Assembly (NCBI GenBank): GCA_000388065.2
Contig: KB932218.1
Direction: 5' to 3' (one strand)
DNA from: Fonticula alba ATCC 38817
Taxonomy: Eukaryota > Protista > Nucleariida
DNA: 60,730 nucleotides
Made by a program: the position numbers and the translations under genes. Within the stretch, counting starts at the first letter, position 1. The number at the start of each line of letters is the position of its first letter. Shown in pieces: positions 35,801 through 46,531 of the stretch. The notes under the pieces are model-generated. The model worked only from the letters and a program-made list of their open reading frames with translations, did not search any database and was not told the DNA's origin.

Positions 35801-37679
35801 GCAATCAGCCGGGCGCGTGCCCGAAGACAGGTACGCCCCCCGACGGGCATCGGCCAGGCAGCATGTGCTTCTTTCTTTTTTCTTTTTTTTTTAACACCGG
35901 CGGCCCGCGGTGGGTGTCAACTGCCCCCGCCCCCAGGCGCGCGCTCGCTCCTCCTGACGGTCGTCCTGCCGGTGGCGCTGCTCCTGCTCCTGCTGCTGAT
36001 CGCCCTGCTGGTGTTCTTCCTGCTGTGGCGCCGGCGGCGCGCGGCGGCCGCCGCCGCCGCCAAGCAAGAGGCCATCCCCATGCAGTATATCGGCAATCCG
36101 GTGCGCGCACACGCCGTCACACCTTTCTTGCTTCGCACCGGGCTGGCATGTTGGCAGGGTGCCGTGCCAATATGATTTAGCCGTGGGGATATGCTGACAC
36201 GGCGACATGTACACGCGCGCATGTGTGCGCGCACATGTGCCCGACCGCCGGGTTGCAGGAGGACATGACGATCATGAATACGGTCATTGGTGCGTCCCCT
36301 CCCCCCGGGGCAGGGTGGACATGGCGGGCCGCTGCTTTTTTCTGGCACACTTGTTCGGGCCCTTTTTTTTTTTCGGCCCCCCCCCCCCCCGCATCCGAGT
36401 TCCTGCGCTGACGCCCCCTTCGCATGCAGAGCTCTCGCTCCCGGGGCACCTGCTCCTGACGCCGGAGGTGGACTACCGGGTGGAGCGCCAAGGCAAGCCC
36501 CTGGGGCAGGGCGCCCAGGCGGTGGTCCTGTCGTGTGCCCTGCTCCGGGATGACTTGGTGGCCGCGGCCGGCGGGTCGGCCGGCGCCGTGAAAATGGTTC
36601 CCCCTGGTATGTGTTCGGCTCGGCAGATGCAGCATGCGTGGGGTCCGGCCTGCCTTGACTGACAGCCTGCCACAGATTCGGCCTTCCGCAAGCAATTCGA
36701 GCCGCTGCTGGACCAGGAGATCGCCATTCTCAGCCTGCTCCTGGCCGACGGCGGGTCGCCCTTCGTGTGCCGCCTGGTCGGGTACTCGACCGCGGCCCCG
36801 GGCCCGGCCCTGATCATGCCGCACTATCCCGGGGTCCTGTCGGGGCTGCTGGCCACAGGGGCCTTGAGCCCGGCGCAGGCCCTCGGCCTGGCGGCGGACA
36901 TCGGTGCGTCGCTCCTTTCCCCCGCGCCCCGTCCGGCATGTCGGTCACTGACGTCCCCCCGCCCGCCGCCCATAGCCGCCGGGGTGGCCTTCATCCACGC
37001 GCACGGCGTGGTGCACAAGGACCTGAAGCCGGAGAATGTGTTTGTCCGGCCGGACCCGGCCGACCCGGCGCGCCTGCAGCCGGTCATCGGCGACTTCGGC
37101 GTGGCCCTGGTGCTGAACCGGTTCTCGGTGATCCCGACGCTGGGGGACGTGGCGGCCGGCAGCCTGCCGTACGCCCCGCCGGAGACGCTGGCCCGGCTGT
37201 ATGGCCTGCCCTTCGCCCTGGCCCCGCCGGAAGGCAGCGTGGTGTCCCTGCTGAAGGTGGACATCTACTCGCTGGGCGTCCTGCTCTTCAGCCTGGTGTC
37301 GAGGGTTCAGCCGTGGGCAGGTGCGAATGCTGCTGCAGGGGGGGGGGGCGATCTTCTTGTTGGGTCTGCCTTTGTCGCGCGCCTCTCCGGAGGGGGGAGA
37401 GAGTAAGAGGGGGACGAAGTGTGTGTGTGTGCGCGCGTGTGCGTGCGCATCACTGACCGACACCCGCATCCAGACACCGCTCCGGAGGAGATCCCGGCCG
37501 CGGTGCTGGCCGGCCGCCGGCCGCACAGCGAGGTCCAGCCGGACCACGCGCCCTGGCTCGGGGACTACCGCTGGGTGTACCAGGAGGCCTGGGCGGCGGA
37601 CCCGCGCGAGCGCCCGAGCGCCGCGGACATGGCCACTCGACTGAGCGACCTGGCCGCCGGGTGGACTGGGCCCCGCTAG
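26840..37679 (+). CDS. Large receptor kinase: signal peptide, FG-GAP/VCBS Ca-binding motifs, furin-like Cys repeats, TM helix, Ser/Thr (TKL-like) kinase. The 5' part is disturbed by two duplications and a gap.
   Basis: Signal peptide MPAILGRLLLLLMLAVGYSAS. Six DxDxDGxxD-type motifs (TDLDGDGLVD, GDFDGDG, GDFDQDGRLD, DIDGDGVSE, DMNSDGLDD, DVDGDRFLD). 16 tandem CxxCxxxCxxC furin-like units at ~33530-35800. TM LLLTVVLPVALLLLLLLIALLVFFLLW followed by RRRR. Kinase motifs GQGAQAVV, GAVK, HKDLKPEN, DFG, YAPPE, DIYSLG. 3' exons traced in phase: 29201-30805, 31049-35830, 35937-36100, 36259-36289, 36430-36606, 36676-36903, 36976-37320, 37474-37679. Confidence 0.92.
27521..28042 (+). repeat. 239-bp direct duplication (27521-27759 and 27804-28042), one substitution, 44-nt spacer
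   Basis: Seen directly: GACGCCGCCAAC versus GACGCCGTCAAC. The offset of 283 nt is not a multiple of 3. Confidence 0.92.
28165..28396 (+). repeat. 92-bp sequence repeated on both sides of gap 28263-28304 (contig-overlap artefact)
   Basis: 28165-28256 equals 28305-28396 and flanks the Ns. Confidence 0.85.
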
Positions 37680-38548
37680 GCCGAGCGCGCCGCATCCGGC
37701 CCCGGCAAGCAGCGCTCCCCGCATGCAGGGCCCAGCGACGGCGCGTCTGCATGTGTGCGTCCGGTCTCGGCCTCCGAGGCATCAGCACGTGGACAATGAA
37801 CCAAGCACACTGGATGGCGTTTCGCCGCAGGGCCAGATGGGAAGGGGGGGGGGGGGGGCGAGGAAATGCGCGAATCAAAGGGAGGCACTCGATGGCCATG
37901 GGTCCAGGCCGAGCGGGTGCCGGCACGACCGCCGAAAAAAGGAGCCCAGAAAAAAGGCGCCCCCACCCCGACGACGGGGGCGAGGGGAGGGTCATGCTGG
38001 ACCGGCTGTCCGGGGCACGGCGCGGCCGGCCTGCCGGGCGCGCGGCCGGGGGGGCGGGGCGGACCGGGGAGCGCCCGCGGCCCGGGCGCTGACGTCCAGA
38101 TGGGGGTTTGTGCTTGGGCGGGGCCAGTCGCATGGGGCCAGCTGCCGATGAACCGAATATATCCGGCTGACTATTTTAATCCGGCTTTTGAGTCAAGGTG
38201 CCCGGTGGTGCTGCCACCGGGATCGAGCTTTAGCCCGGTGAGCATGACGGCGGGGGAAAACAGGCGCGTGTTTGGCCTTTACCGGTGCGGGGCATGCGCC
38301 GGTGTGCGGAGTGCGCGCCGGCCCGGCCCGGCTCTTCTGGGGCTCGGGCGGTGTTGGTGTGTGTGTGTGCGTGTGTGTGTGGCCTTTCTCCCCCGCCCCC
38401 CCTCCCGCGGCTCCGTGCGATCCGGCCCGGGGGGCTTGGCTGGGCAGCTCTGTTCGTGGCCCCAGGGGCGGTCTGCCAGGCGGGGCATCCGTGCCGGTGT
38501 CTCGATGGGGGGGGGGATGAAATGCCCCCGACGGGCGCCCTGGGAGAC

Positions 38549-38566
38549 CTGATTGAGGCCAATCAG
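38549..38566. promoter_or_regulatory. CCAAT box (GGCCAATCAG) within the inverted repeat CTGATTG-AGGC-CAATCAG
   Basis: Perfect match to the NF-Y consensus RRCCAATSRG; no downstream gene identified. Confidence 0.3.
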
Positions 38567-40697
38567 ACACTCTCCCCCCCCCTTTCCCCCGTCCCCTTTG
38601 TCGGCTTTCTCGCCGCCTTTGCCTTTCTTGCCTCTCGTCCGCCCCCCCCCCCCCTTCCGGGCGTGACGTGACCGATGGCGGCGTTTTTTTTTGGCCCCGC
38701 TTTCGCCATGCCCGCTGGCAGTGAGCCGGGCCACGAGCCGGGCCGGCGGAGGTGCCTGCTGCCCCGGACGCCACCACGGCCATTGCCGCGGCCCCCGGAC
38801 CCCCCATGCCCCTGGGTGGGTGGCTGTCGCGGGCCCAGGCGGCGGGCATTTGGCTGTGTGTCCTCCCCTGGCAATGGCGGCTGGTGATGTGCGGTCCGGG
38901 CGGCTTCGGCCTGGCCCCCCCCCCCCCCCCCCCCGCCGCTGCATGGACATGGAGCAGGTGGCAAAAGACACCTGCATGAAAAGCAGAAGCCGAGGCAACA
39001 GGCAGGGGAACAAGCGTCACGCCAAGGAGCGGGAGGCCCAAGGCAGGAGGGAAAGGGTCCTCGGAACGGACAACCCCCCCCCCCCCCCCGTGGTAGACGC
39101 CCGATGTGGTGTGCATGGTGCGCTCTGTGTCCGGGTTCATGTCCCCTGGGGCGTGTTCCACGCGGGGCCCTCTTGCACCGGCAGGGCGGGGGGGTCATGC
39201 CCGCCGGTGGACCTCACGATCCGGGCCAGCTGCATGTTGTCGCGCGCCCGCTCGCTGGCGATGATCCGCCCTCGATTGGGGCCCGGTGCCGGTCAGTCGA
39301 CGGCCACACAGGGGGGGTCCCATGCTCCCAGGGGGGGGGGGGACCAACCATGTGCCGGTCTTCGATGGACACCGGTCACTGTGCATGCATATGCCGGTTA
39401 TGTTTGTAGTGATGGGGGTTTGCCCGCCTCCCTCTGGGGCTGGGGGCGCCGCACTGGCCGAGGTCGGCGACGAAGGCCGTCCGGCTGGCGGGGATGCGCC
39501 CTATGGCGCTGGCCATTGCCCGGGCGGCTGAGGGGTGGGCGGCCGCCGGGATGATGGCGACGCCGCTGGCCGTGTTGTCCTGTCCGGCGGTCGCTCCCCC
39601 GGCTGGGGGCTGCGGCCCCGGGGGCCAGGTTGCCGGCCACGACCCGGGCATGCTGGCCGTGGCAACTTCTCCGGGCCGGGCGCATGCCGGACGAAAGCCT
39701 CGCCGGCAGTGGTCGAGGCAGACGGGCGGGGTCGGACCCGGGTCGGGGTGTCGAGCGCCGCGAGTCGCACTCGGGAGGGGGGTGTCTTCCTCCGGTGGTC
39801 CCCGGGGCCGGCCCCCCCCCCCTCCTCCCGAGCGGGCGGCCCGCGCGCCGGGGCCCTGGTGGCCTTTGCCTCGGGGCAGCCGATGTCCGGCTGGCGAGCA
39901 GAGGCCGCCACGAGCGCCGCCTTGTGGCGTCTGGCAGCCAGGTGTGGCCGGTGGCCGGTGGCCGGGCCGCCGTGTGACCGGCCGGGTATCCTCTCGGTCA
40001 GCATGGGCCCGCTTGGTCGGCGACCGGCGGTGCTGGCCTTGCCGCCGGCTGGGCCTGGGACCCTGGCCCATGGTTCGATGTGAGCAGTCCGGGCGATGGG
40101 CCCATTCGCCGGTGGCTGCCTCGACCTGGTGCCTGCGCGGCCCGGGGGATGGGAGGGGGACTCCCTCAGCCGGTCGGGGTGCTCGGTGGCTGGGCGCGAA
40201 CGCCGATGTCCGAGTGGACGTGGCCCGGTGTGGGTCTCGTCGAGTGGGGCCCTTCCTTCTTTGTGCCGGCAGTGGCGGTGCGCCCGGTCTCTCGGGGCCT
40301 CTCCATTGCTTGAGGGTTTTTTTTCCCCCTGGGCCCTGGGTTTTTTCCCGCTGCGTGGGGCCCATGCTCCGGGCCTCTGTCCATGTGCGACATGGGCGGG
40401 CGGTCTGAGTTGAATGTGTGTCGGCCGTCGCCCGGCGGGCGTCCCGTGTAGCGTGGCGCACTTCGGCGTTCGGCCGTGCGCGGCGAGCGTCCCCCGCACG
40501 GGTTGCTGTCTCCACGCACGGGCCGGGCATGCTCTGCCGGAGAGGGCGCAGTGTGGCGTGCGGGCTGCGCAACGGCGGCCCAGGCCTGTCGGTCATGCGA
40601 GGATGGCGCATGCAAGGTGCCAATTGCTCCTGGGGGCGGTGGTGGTGGCAGTCCTGCTGGGCTTACTCCCTGGATTCTTCCTTGAGACCATGGCAGC

Positions 40698-40699
<2 letters not shown>

Positions 40700-40740
<41 letters not shown>

Positions 40741-40742
40741 CG
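40700..40742. repeat. (TG)n then (CG)n microsatellite
   Basis: Seen directly. Confidence 0.9.
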
Positions 40743-43700
40743 CTCGCTCTGCCGGGGGTACGTGCACACATGCACACCCACACCCACACGCATACAGACG
40801 AGGGGACTTCTGAATGTGGCCGATGGCTGGCTTGCGCAAGGACAGGGCGGAGGCGCTCTCGCGTCGGCAGGTGGGCCGCCCCCCTCGGGCGAGGGGGTGA
40901 CTTTCAATCGGAGCACGGCGGCCGCCAAGAGGGTGGTCTCTGACCAGGGACGCTTGTGGCGGGCATGGCTGTCCGCCAGGCCGGGGCCAGCCTGTCGGGG
41001 GATTGTCGGCGCGTGTGGGACGTTGCCCGGGGCTGGGGCGCTGCGGGCATGGGGCCGGGCGTCCGGCGGGGCCGGGGTCCGATGATGGGCGCTCGATGCC
41101 CGGGCCGTGGGGCAGGTGCCTGGGCGGCCGGGGCCTCGGCGCCAGGCCCCTCTCGGCCCGCGGCGGGCAAGGGACGTGGCACCGAAAGCGTGGTGGTGCT
41201 CAGGGGAGGTGGGGCATTGCCTCGGGCAGGGGCGTTCCTCCGCCCGCTGGCGGGCTGGCTGTCGGCAGCCGTGGCCCTCCCCTGCCGGTTGGTGGGGCCG
41301 CCGCTCGGGGGCCTTTCCCGGGGCCGATTGGCACCGCTCCCCCGGAAGCCCCCGGGATGGGGGGGGGGGGGGCCAGCCGGGTGGGGCTCTCCCTGCGGCG
41401 TGGGGTGTGGCTGCGCCGGGCGGGGGGGCGTCTGGCCGGGATGGGGCCGGGGGCTGGGGTCCGCGGGGCGATGGTCGTGGCCCATGCGCGGCCCCCCCCC
41501 CCCTGCCCCGGCCCACAGGGCCATGTGCCCGGGATGTGGGCTGCGGCCGGGTGCCTCGCTCGGTGCTCGCTGGGATGGAGATCTGCCCGCTGGGGTGTGC
41601 GGTGTGGTGGACGCACACGCGCGCGGGCGGTCCCCGATGGAGGAGGGCAGCCGGCTGGCGGCGCCACACGGTCTCCTGGCCGCTGGCAGTGCGGGCCTCC
41701 TGGTGGTGGGCCCGTTGCGCATGTGGCCGACCCAGCGGCTGCTGCTGCTGCTGGCAGCCGGTTGGAAGGGTGGTGTCATGGCCGGCCAGGACGCCGGTCG
41801 CCGGGCAAGGCTGCCGGTGTCGGCGCCCCGCCGGCCAGCGGCCTCCGGGGCTGGGAGGCGGTCGGCTCCGCCAGGACCCGCGGAGTGGGCCCGGGTCTGG
41901 GGCCCGAGGGCCGTGCGGTTGCCCCGACCCCCATGGGCTCGGGCAATCGTTTCCCCGTTTCCCGCTGGCGGGACACATGCCGGGGCCGCCCCCGGAGCGT
42001 CCGGGTCATGGTGGCCGTGGCGGTAGGCCGCCCGAGCCGCTGGGCCGAGTGGTGTGCCTGTCGCCGGGGCTCCTTCCCAGAGGGGGCTCTGGGTCGGCGG
42101 GTGGCGGGCCCCTCGGCCGGGGTGCGCCCGGCGGCCTTGGCTCTGCGGGGGAGGGTGCCCGGTGGGGCGGGCGGGCATTTTCCTGCCCGGGACCGGGGCC
42201 CGGCTGCGTGTGGCCGGCATGGCCCCCCCACGGCCATGGGGCCGTCGCTCGTGCCGTGGCGGCAGTGCGCCACACGCGGGCCCCTGGGCACGATGGCGCG
42301 GTGGCCGGTGTGGCGGCCAGGCGATCGGCCCTCTGCTGGGTGGGCACATCCTGGGGGCCAGGCAAGCGCCCCTGGCCATTGGGATGCGCGCGCGGCGGCG
42401 CCGGCCGTTCACCGGGGCGGCGGCGCGGCGGGGATTGTGGTGGGACCCCCGGGCCGGGCGATGTGCTCTTGCGCGCCGGGCAAGTGCCGGGCGCGTGGTG
42501 GCATGCCTGTTGCAGGGCCCCCTGCGACGAGAGGGCCCGTGTCAGGGCGGGGCCGGTGTCATTGTCGTTGGCACCGCCCCGGGGGTGGGCCTGCATTCGA
42601 TCATGGCCCCGGGTGCATATGGGGATGCTGCTGGGCCGGCGGCCGCGGGTGCCATGGTGTGCGTCTGCCCGAGGGCCAGGGTGCCGGGGCCGTCGCGATC
42701 GGTGCGCGGCCGACCGGGGCCACCCGGCCGGGGGTCTGCTCCGAGCTGGCGCATGTGCGGCCGCTTGGGGCTCGGGTTGTGGGTCGAAGGGCGTCGGTGT
42801 GCATGGCGGCCTCTTTGCGACCTGCTGTGCGGGCTGCCCCGGGCCGGGCCACCCATCCCGCGCGCGGGCTGCACGGGGGGGACCGGTTGCCGCCGGGCCG
42901 GCACCACTGGCAAGCGCATCGGACCGGCGGCCTGGCAGTGTGCATGGGCGTATGTGTGGGTGTGTGCCCTGCGCCCCTCGGCGACGGGGTGTCGCGCGAG
43001 GGGCTGGCATGCCGGCCCGGAAGCCTGGCTGGGGCATTGTGTGTGCGCGGGCTCGGGCCGTGTCCTGCGTGCCGCGGTCGGGGTGGTGTTTATGGGTGGG
43101 CGGCCTGCCGGGCCGGCGGGCGGGTCGCTGGCTGGCAGGCGGGGTGCCGTGGGCAGCAATGTCGGCCCGAGCCGATGCCCGGCCCGTGCATCCCGGGTGC
43201 CGGTGCAATATGCCGAGACTCGGAGGCGTGCCGGCCGGGCCGGGCGGATATGTGTGCCTCATGGGCCAAGGGCCGGCCCCGGACTTCATGCCCGGTGCCG
43301 AGCAGCACATGTGCCTGTGCTTGCCGGGCCATGCCTCACGCCGGGGCTGGACCAGGCGCCGATCGGGTGCCAGGGCCCCTGCCCGGGGGGACCATGCCTG
43401 TGGCGGCCGCCATGCATGGCGCTCGCTTGGGGGTCCCCGCCTGGCACGCCTGTCTGGCGACCAGCCGGCGGAGGTGTGTGTGTGTGTGTGTGTGTGTGCG
43501 TGCGCGCGCGACGGGGCTACAGCTCGCCGGCCGAGTGCGCGCCCTGCTCACCGGGCCGGTCCCTTGTCTCGGGAGAGCGCGACCGGCCGGCGGCCCGTCC
43601 GGCGGGGGGTCTCCTTCATGGTGGTCGTCGGCCTGCCTCGTGTGTCGGCTTGTGTCCGGTGCGCGGCGGTGGGGGCAGTCACCAGCGCACCGGGGGCCGA

Positions 43701-44869
43701 TTGCCGCGCCTGGCGCCTCGGACGTGTGGCCTCTTGTGGGCAGAGGGCCACATGCAAGGGGGGTGTGTGGCCAACGGGCGGCCTGGCGTCCGGGCAGCCG
43801 GCGGTGCCAGGTGTGCGGCCGTGCCGTGCGGTGCTTCGGCCCCGGGGCCGGGGCGGCTCGGTGCCCGCCCGTGGGGCCTGCCCGTGACGGATGTGCCTCG
43901 GCGCGGGGGCTGCCATGGGGCCTGGGCCCGTGCGCGTGGGAGCCCAGCGATGCCGCGCTCTTGGCGCATGCCCGGGCAGTGTGCGCCGGGTGGACATGAG
44001 GGCCAGGGGCGCGGCGATCGGCGCGCGGCCTTGGGGCCGGGGCGGCTTTTAGTCGGCCCTCCTTTTGCCTCGTGCCCACCTGGGTCGCTCGAATGCCGGG
44101 GAGGGGACGGCCCGGGACCGGTGTGCCTTTGCCGCAGCCGGCAGCCTCGGCCGCATGGCGGTATGCGTGTGGGGGCAGGTGTCGTTGCCTGGCAGCGAGG
44201 TGGGGATGCCGGCTGGCGCGGCGCCGGGGGCCGGATCTCGCCCGATGGCAGCCCGGGTGGCCGGCTACCCGTGCGCACGCCACAATGCCGAGGGGCCTGC
44301 GACCGGCGGGACGCCAGTCTGGCCCTGGAGTCGGATCGACACTCGAGACGGCGGCCATTCGGCGGGAGGGAGCGGGGGAGGCATGGCCGGCCGGTGAGCT
44401 GCTGCACGCCCCGGCCGCCGGTGGCCATTGGCTTGCCGGGAGTCCTGGTCTTCCGCTTGGGGTCGTGGTCGAGTGCGAATGCGGCTGCAGGGCTGGCCGG
44501 GTCTGACTCCGCCGGCGCACCGCTCGACCGCGGGCGAAGGAGCCTCCCGGACCGAGGATCGCATTCGCACGCCGTGCCGGAGACGCTCCCCTGGACCGGA
44601 CACGCCGGCACACGGCCGCCGACACTCCCGGCGGGGGGGCGCCGGCAACGCCGGTTCCCGGCGCAAACCGGGCGGAACATCAGCGCCGTCAGCGCGCTCC
44701 GCCGGGGGCACGGGCGAGTGGTGGTGTGCCCCCCGGCGGTTGTGGCCGGGCCTCCCCCTTGGCCGATGCCCCCCCCCCCCCCGCATACTCTACTCCCCCC
44801 CTCCCGTGCACACACAAAAGGACGGAACACGCCCCCTGGGGTTCCTTTCTCCCCCGGCGCAAAAGAGAA

Positions 44870-44942
44870 AGCCCACTGTGGGGCTCGAACCCACGACCCT
44901 GGGATTAAGAGTCCCATGCTCTACCAACTGAGCTAAACAGGC
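44870..44942 (-). tRNA. tRNA-Lys(CTT), intronless
   Basis: GCCTGTT TA GCTC AGTTGGTA GAGC A TGGGA CT CTT AA TCCCA GGGTC GTGGG TTCGAGC CCCAC AGTGGGC T; followed by TTCTCTTTT. Confidence 0.96.
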
Positions 44943-44973
44943 GTTTCACGAGGGATCACCCTCACCAAGGGCA

Positions 44974-44980
44974 TATATGT
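44974..44980 (-). promoter_or_regulatory. TATA-like ACATATA upstream of tRNA-Lys (-38 to -32)
   Basis: Same heptamer at a similar position upstream of tRNA-Trp. Confidence 0.5.
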
Positions 44981-45453
44981 CCAACCGGAAAGCCTCCCCC
45001 CACTGTGCCGGCCCGCACCACTCACCGCCCCGCCGGGTGCCATCTTGCTGCTCGGCTGTCTGCCAGGCAAGGTGGGGCGCCTCTTCGCGCTCCTGCGATG
45101 CAGGGCGTGCTCGTGGCGCCTCCCGTGGGTCCCCTCGTCCCCGGGGACACGCGCGGCTGTCCCCCCCCCCCCCCGCACAAGGTCCCGGGCACCCGGAAGG
45201 AGGGTCGTTCCCTTGGGGGGAGCCCGTGCTGTGTGGCCTGCCCCTGTATGCCGCCCCCCTCTCCCCGAGGGGGGCCGGGCGACCCGGACCCGAGGCACCC
45301 TCGTTGCGGGGGCGCCCGGCCACCGGTGTGGCTTGCTTGCGCCTGCCGGTGCCCTTGGCCCGGGGGCCGGCGGCGCCCCAGCGGGATGCGGAACGCCTTG
45401 CGGGTGGTTCTAGGGGGTGTCTCGCCGGGCGCCGAGGGGTCCCTCCAGCAGGT

Positions 45454-45460
45454 ACATATA
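45454..45460 (+). promoter_or_regulatory. TATA-like ACATATA upstream of tRNA-Trp (-36 to -30)
   Basis: Same heptamer at a similar position upstream of tRNA-Lys. Confidence 0.5.
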
Positions 45461-45489
45461 ACCCTACGCGCGGGACCATCCCCACGGAG

Positions 45490-45561
45490 GGGGGCTTAGC
45501 TCAGTGGTAGAGCACTCGACTCCAGATCGAGCGGTCAGTGGTTCGATCCCTCTAGTCCCCA
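45490..45561 (+). tRNA. tRNA-Trp(CCA), intronless
   Basis: GGGGGCT TA GCTC AGTGGTA GAGC A CTCGA CT CCA GA TCGAG CGGTC AGTGG TTCGATC CCTCT AGTCCCC A. Confidence 0.96.
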
Positions 45562-45565
45562 TTTC

Positions 45566-45572
45566 TTTTTTT
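45566..45572 (+). terminator. Pol III oligo-T terminator of tRNA-Trp
   Basis: T7 run just after the discriminator base. Confidence 0.85.
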
Positions 45573-46531
45573 GGCGGGGCAGGGGGAGAGGACACGCAGC
45601 GCCGCCGGCCGACAAGAGAGAGAGATGGCCGGGGGCCTCTGGGCACGATGACGACGTCCGGCGCGCGCACCCCGGGGGGGTGGTGCCCACGACCGCGCGC
45701 GATGGCCGGGGGGAGGCCGGTGAGAGACGCGGCCGAGGCCGTGTCCCGGGGCCCGGAGGCGTTCATTCTGGCGGGCGGGGGGGCGGGGGGGCGTCTGGCG
45801 AGGGGCACCCAGGCGCCGGCGACACACGATCGGGAAAAAAAGCCTGGCCCGTGCCGTGCCCGGCGGCCTGCGGGGCTCGGTTTCCCGCACCACAGGGCCG
45901 GCCCATGCACGCCGGGGGAGGAACGGGGGCACACGCCGGGCGCAGGGCGGGGCCCCCCCCCCCCCCCCGGCCGAGCACCCCGTCGCCGGGGGGAACAAAC
46001 AAGCGAGGCCGCGCGCGTGCGCGTGCGATCGGGCACAACCAAACAAACCCGGCCCCCGTTCATCCGTTGGCAACCTTGGCGGTGCGGGAGACCCGGCTGT
46101 GCCGGCCGCCGCGTCGGCGCCAAGGGCGGCCCAGCCGGGCGGGCGAACATGGTCAGCGCCCAGCCTCGGCGAACACCGGCGCGCAGCAGCATGGGTCCCT
46201 CGGAGGGGGGGGGGGCGCGGGCGTCGCCCCTGGAGACAGACCTCCGCCGGCGGGGGGGGGAGGGCGCGCACGGCGGCGGCCTCAAGAGAGGCCCCGGCAG
46301 GGGGCGCCGCCGCCTCCAGGCCGGCCCGGGGACATTGCTGTCTCCCTCTCCTCCCCCCCCCCCCCGCTCCCTGCTCCCTCTCTCGACTCGCCTCTCGCGG
46401 CCACTTGCCACGCTGCCCTGCCCTGGCCTTTCGGCTGGTCCTCGCTCGCTCGCTCGCTCCCCCCTTTCCTCCCCGCCCCCGCCTGTCTGCCCGTCGGCAC
46501 CTCTCGCCGCATTCGCTGGCCCGGCATCAGC

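Noticed and set aside
32482-35804. 1082 aa and other long antisense ORFs
   Set aside because: Shadow frames of the high-GC3 receptor kinase exon.
38000-44800. Very long ORFs on both strands (e.g. 41003-43999, 42054-44936, 41107-43887)
   Set aside because: Gly/Arg/Pro/Ala-rich, overlapping in several frames, no codon bias or motifs; expected from stop-codon scarcity at very high GC.
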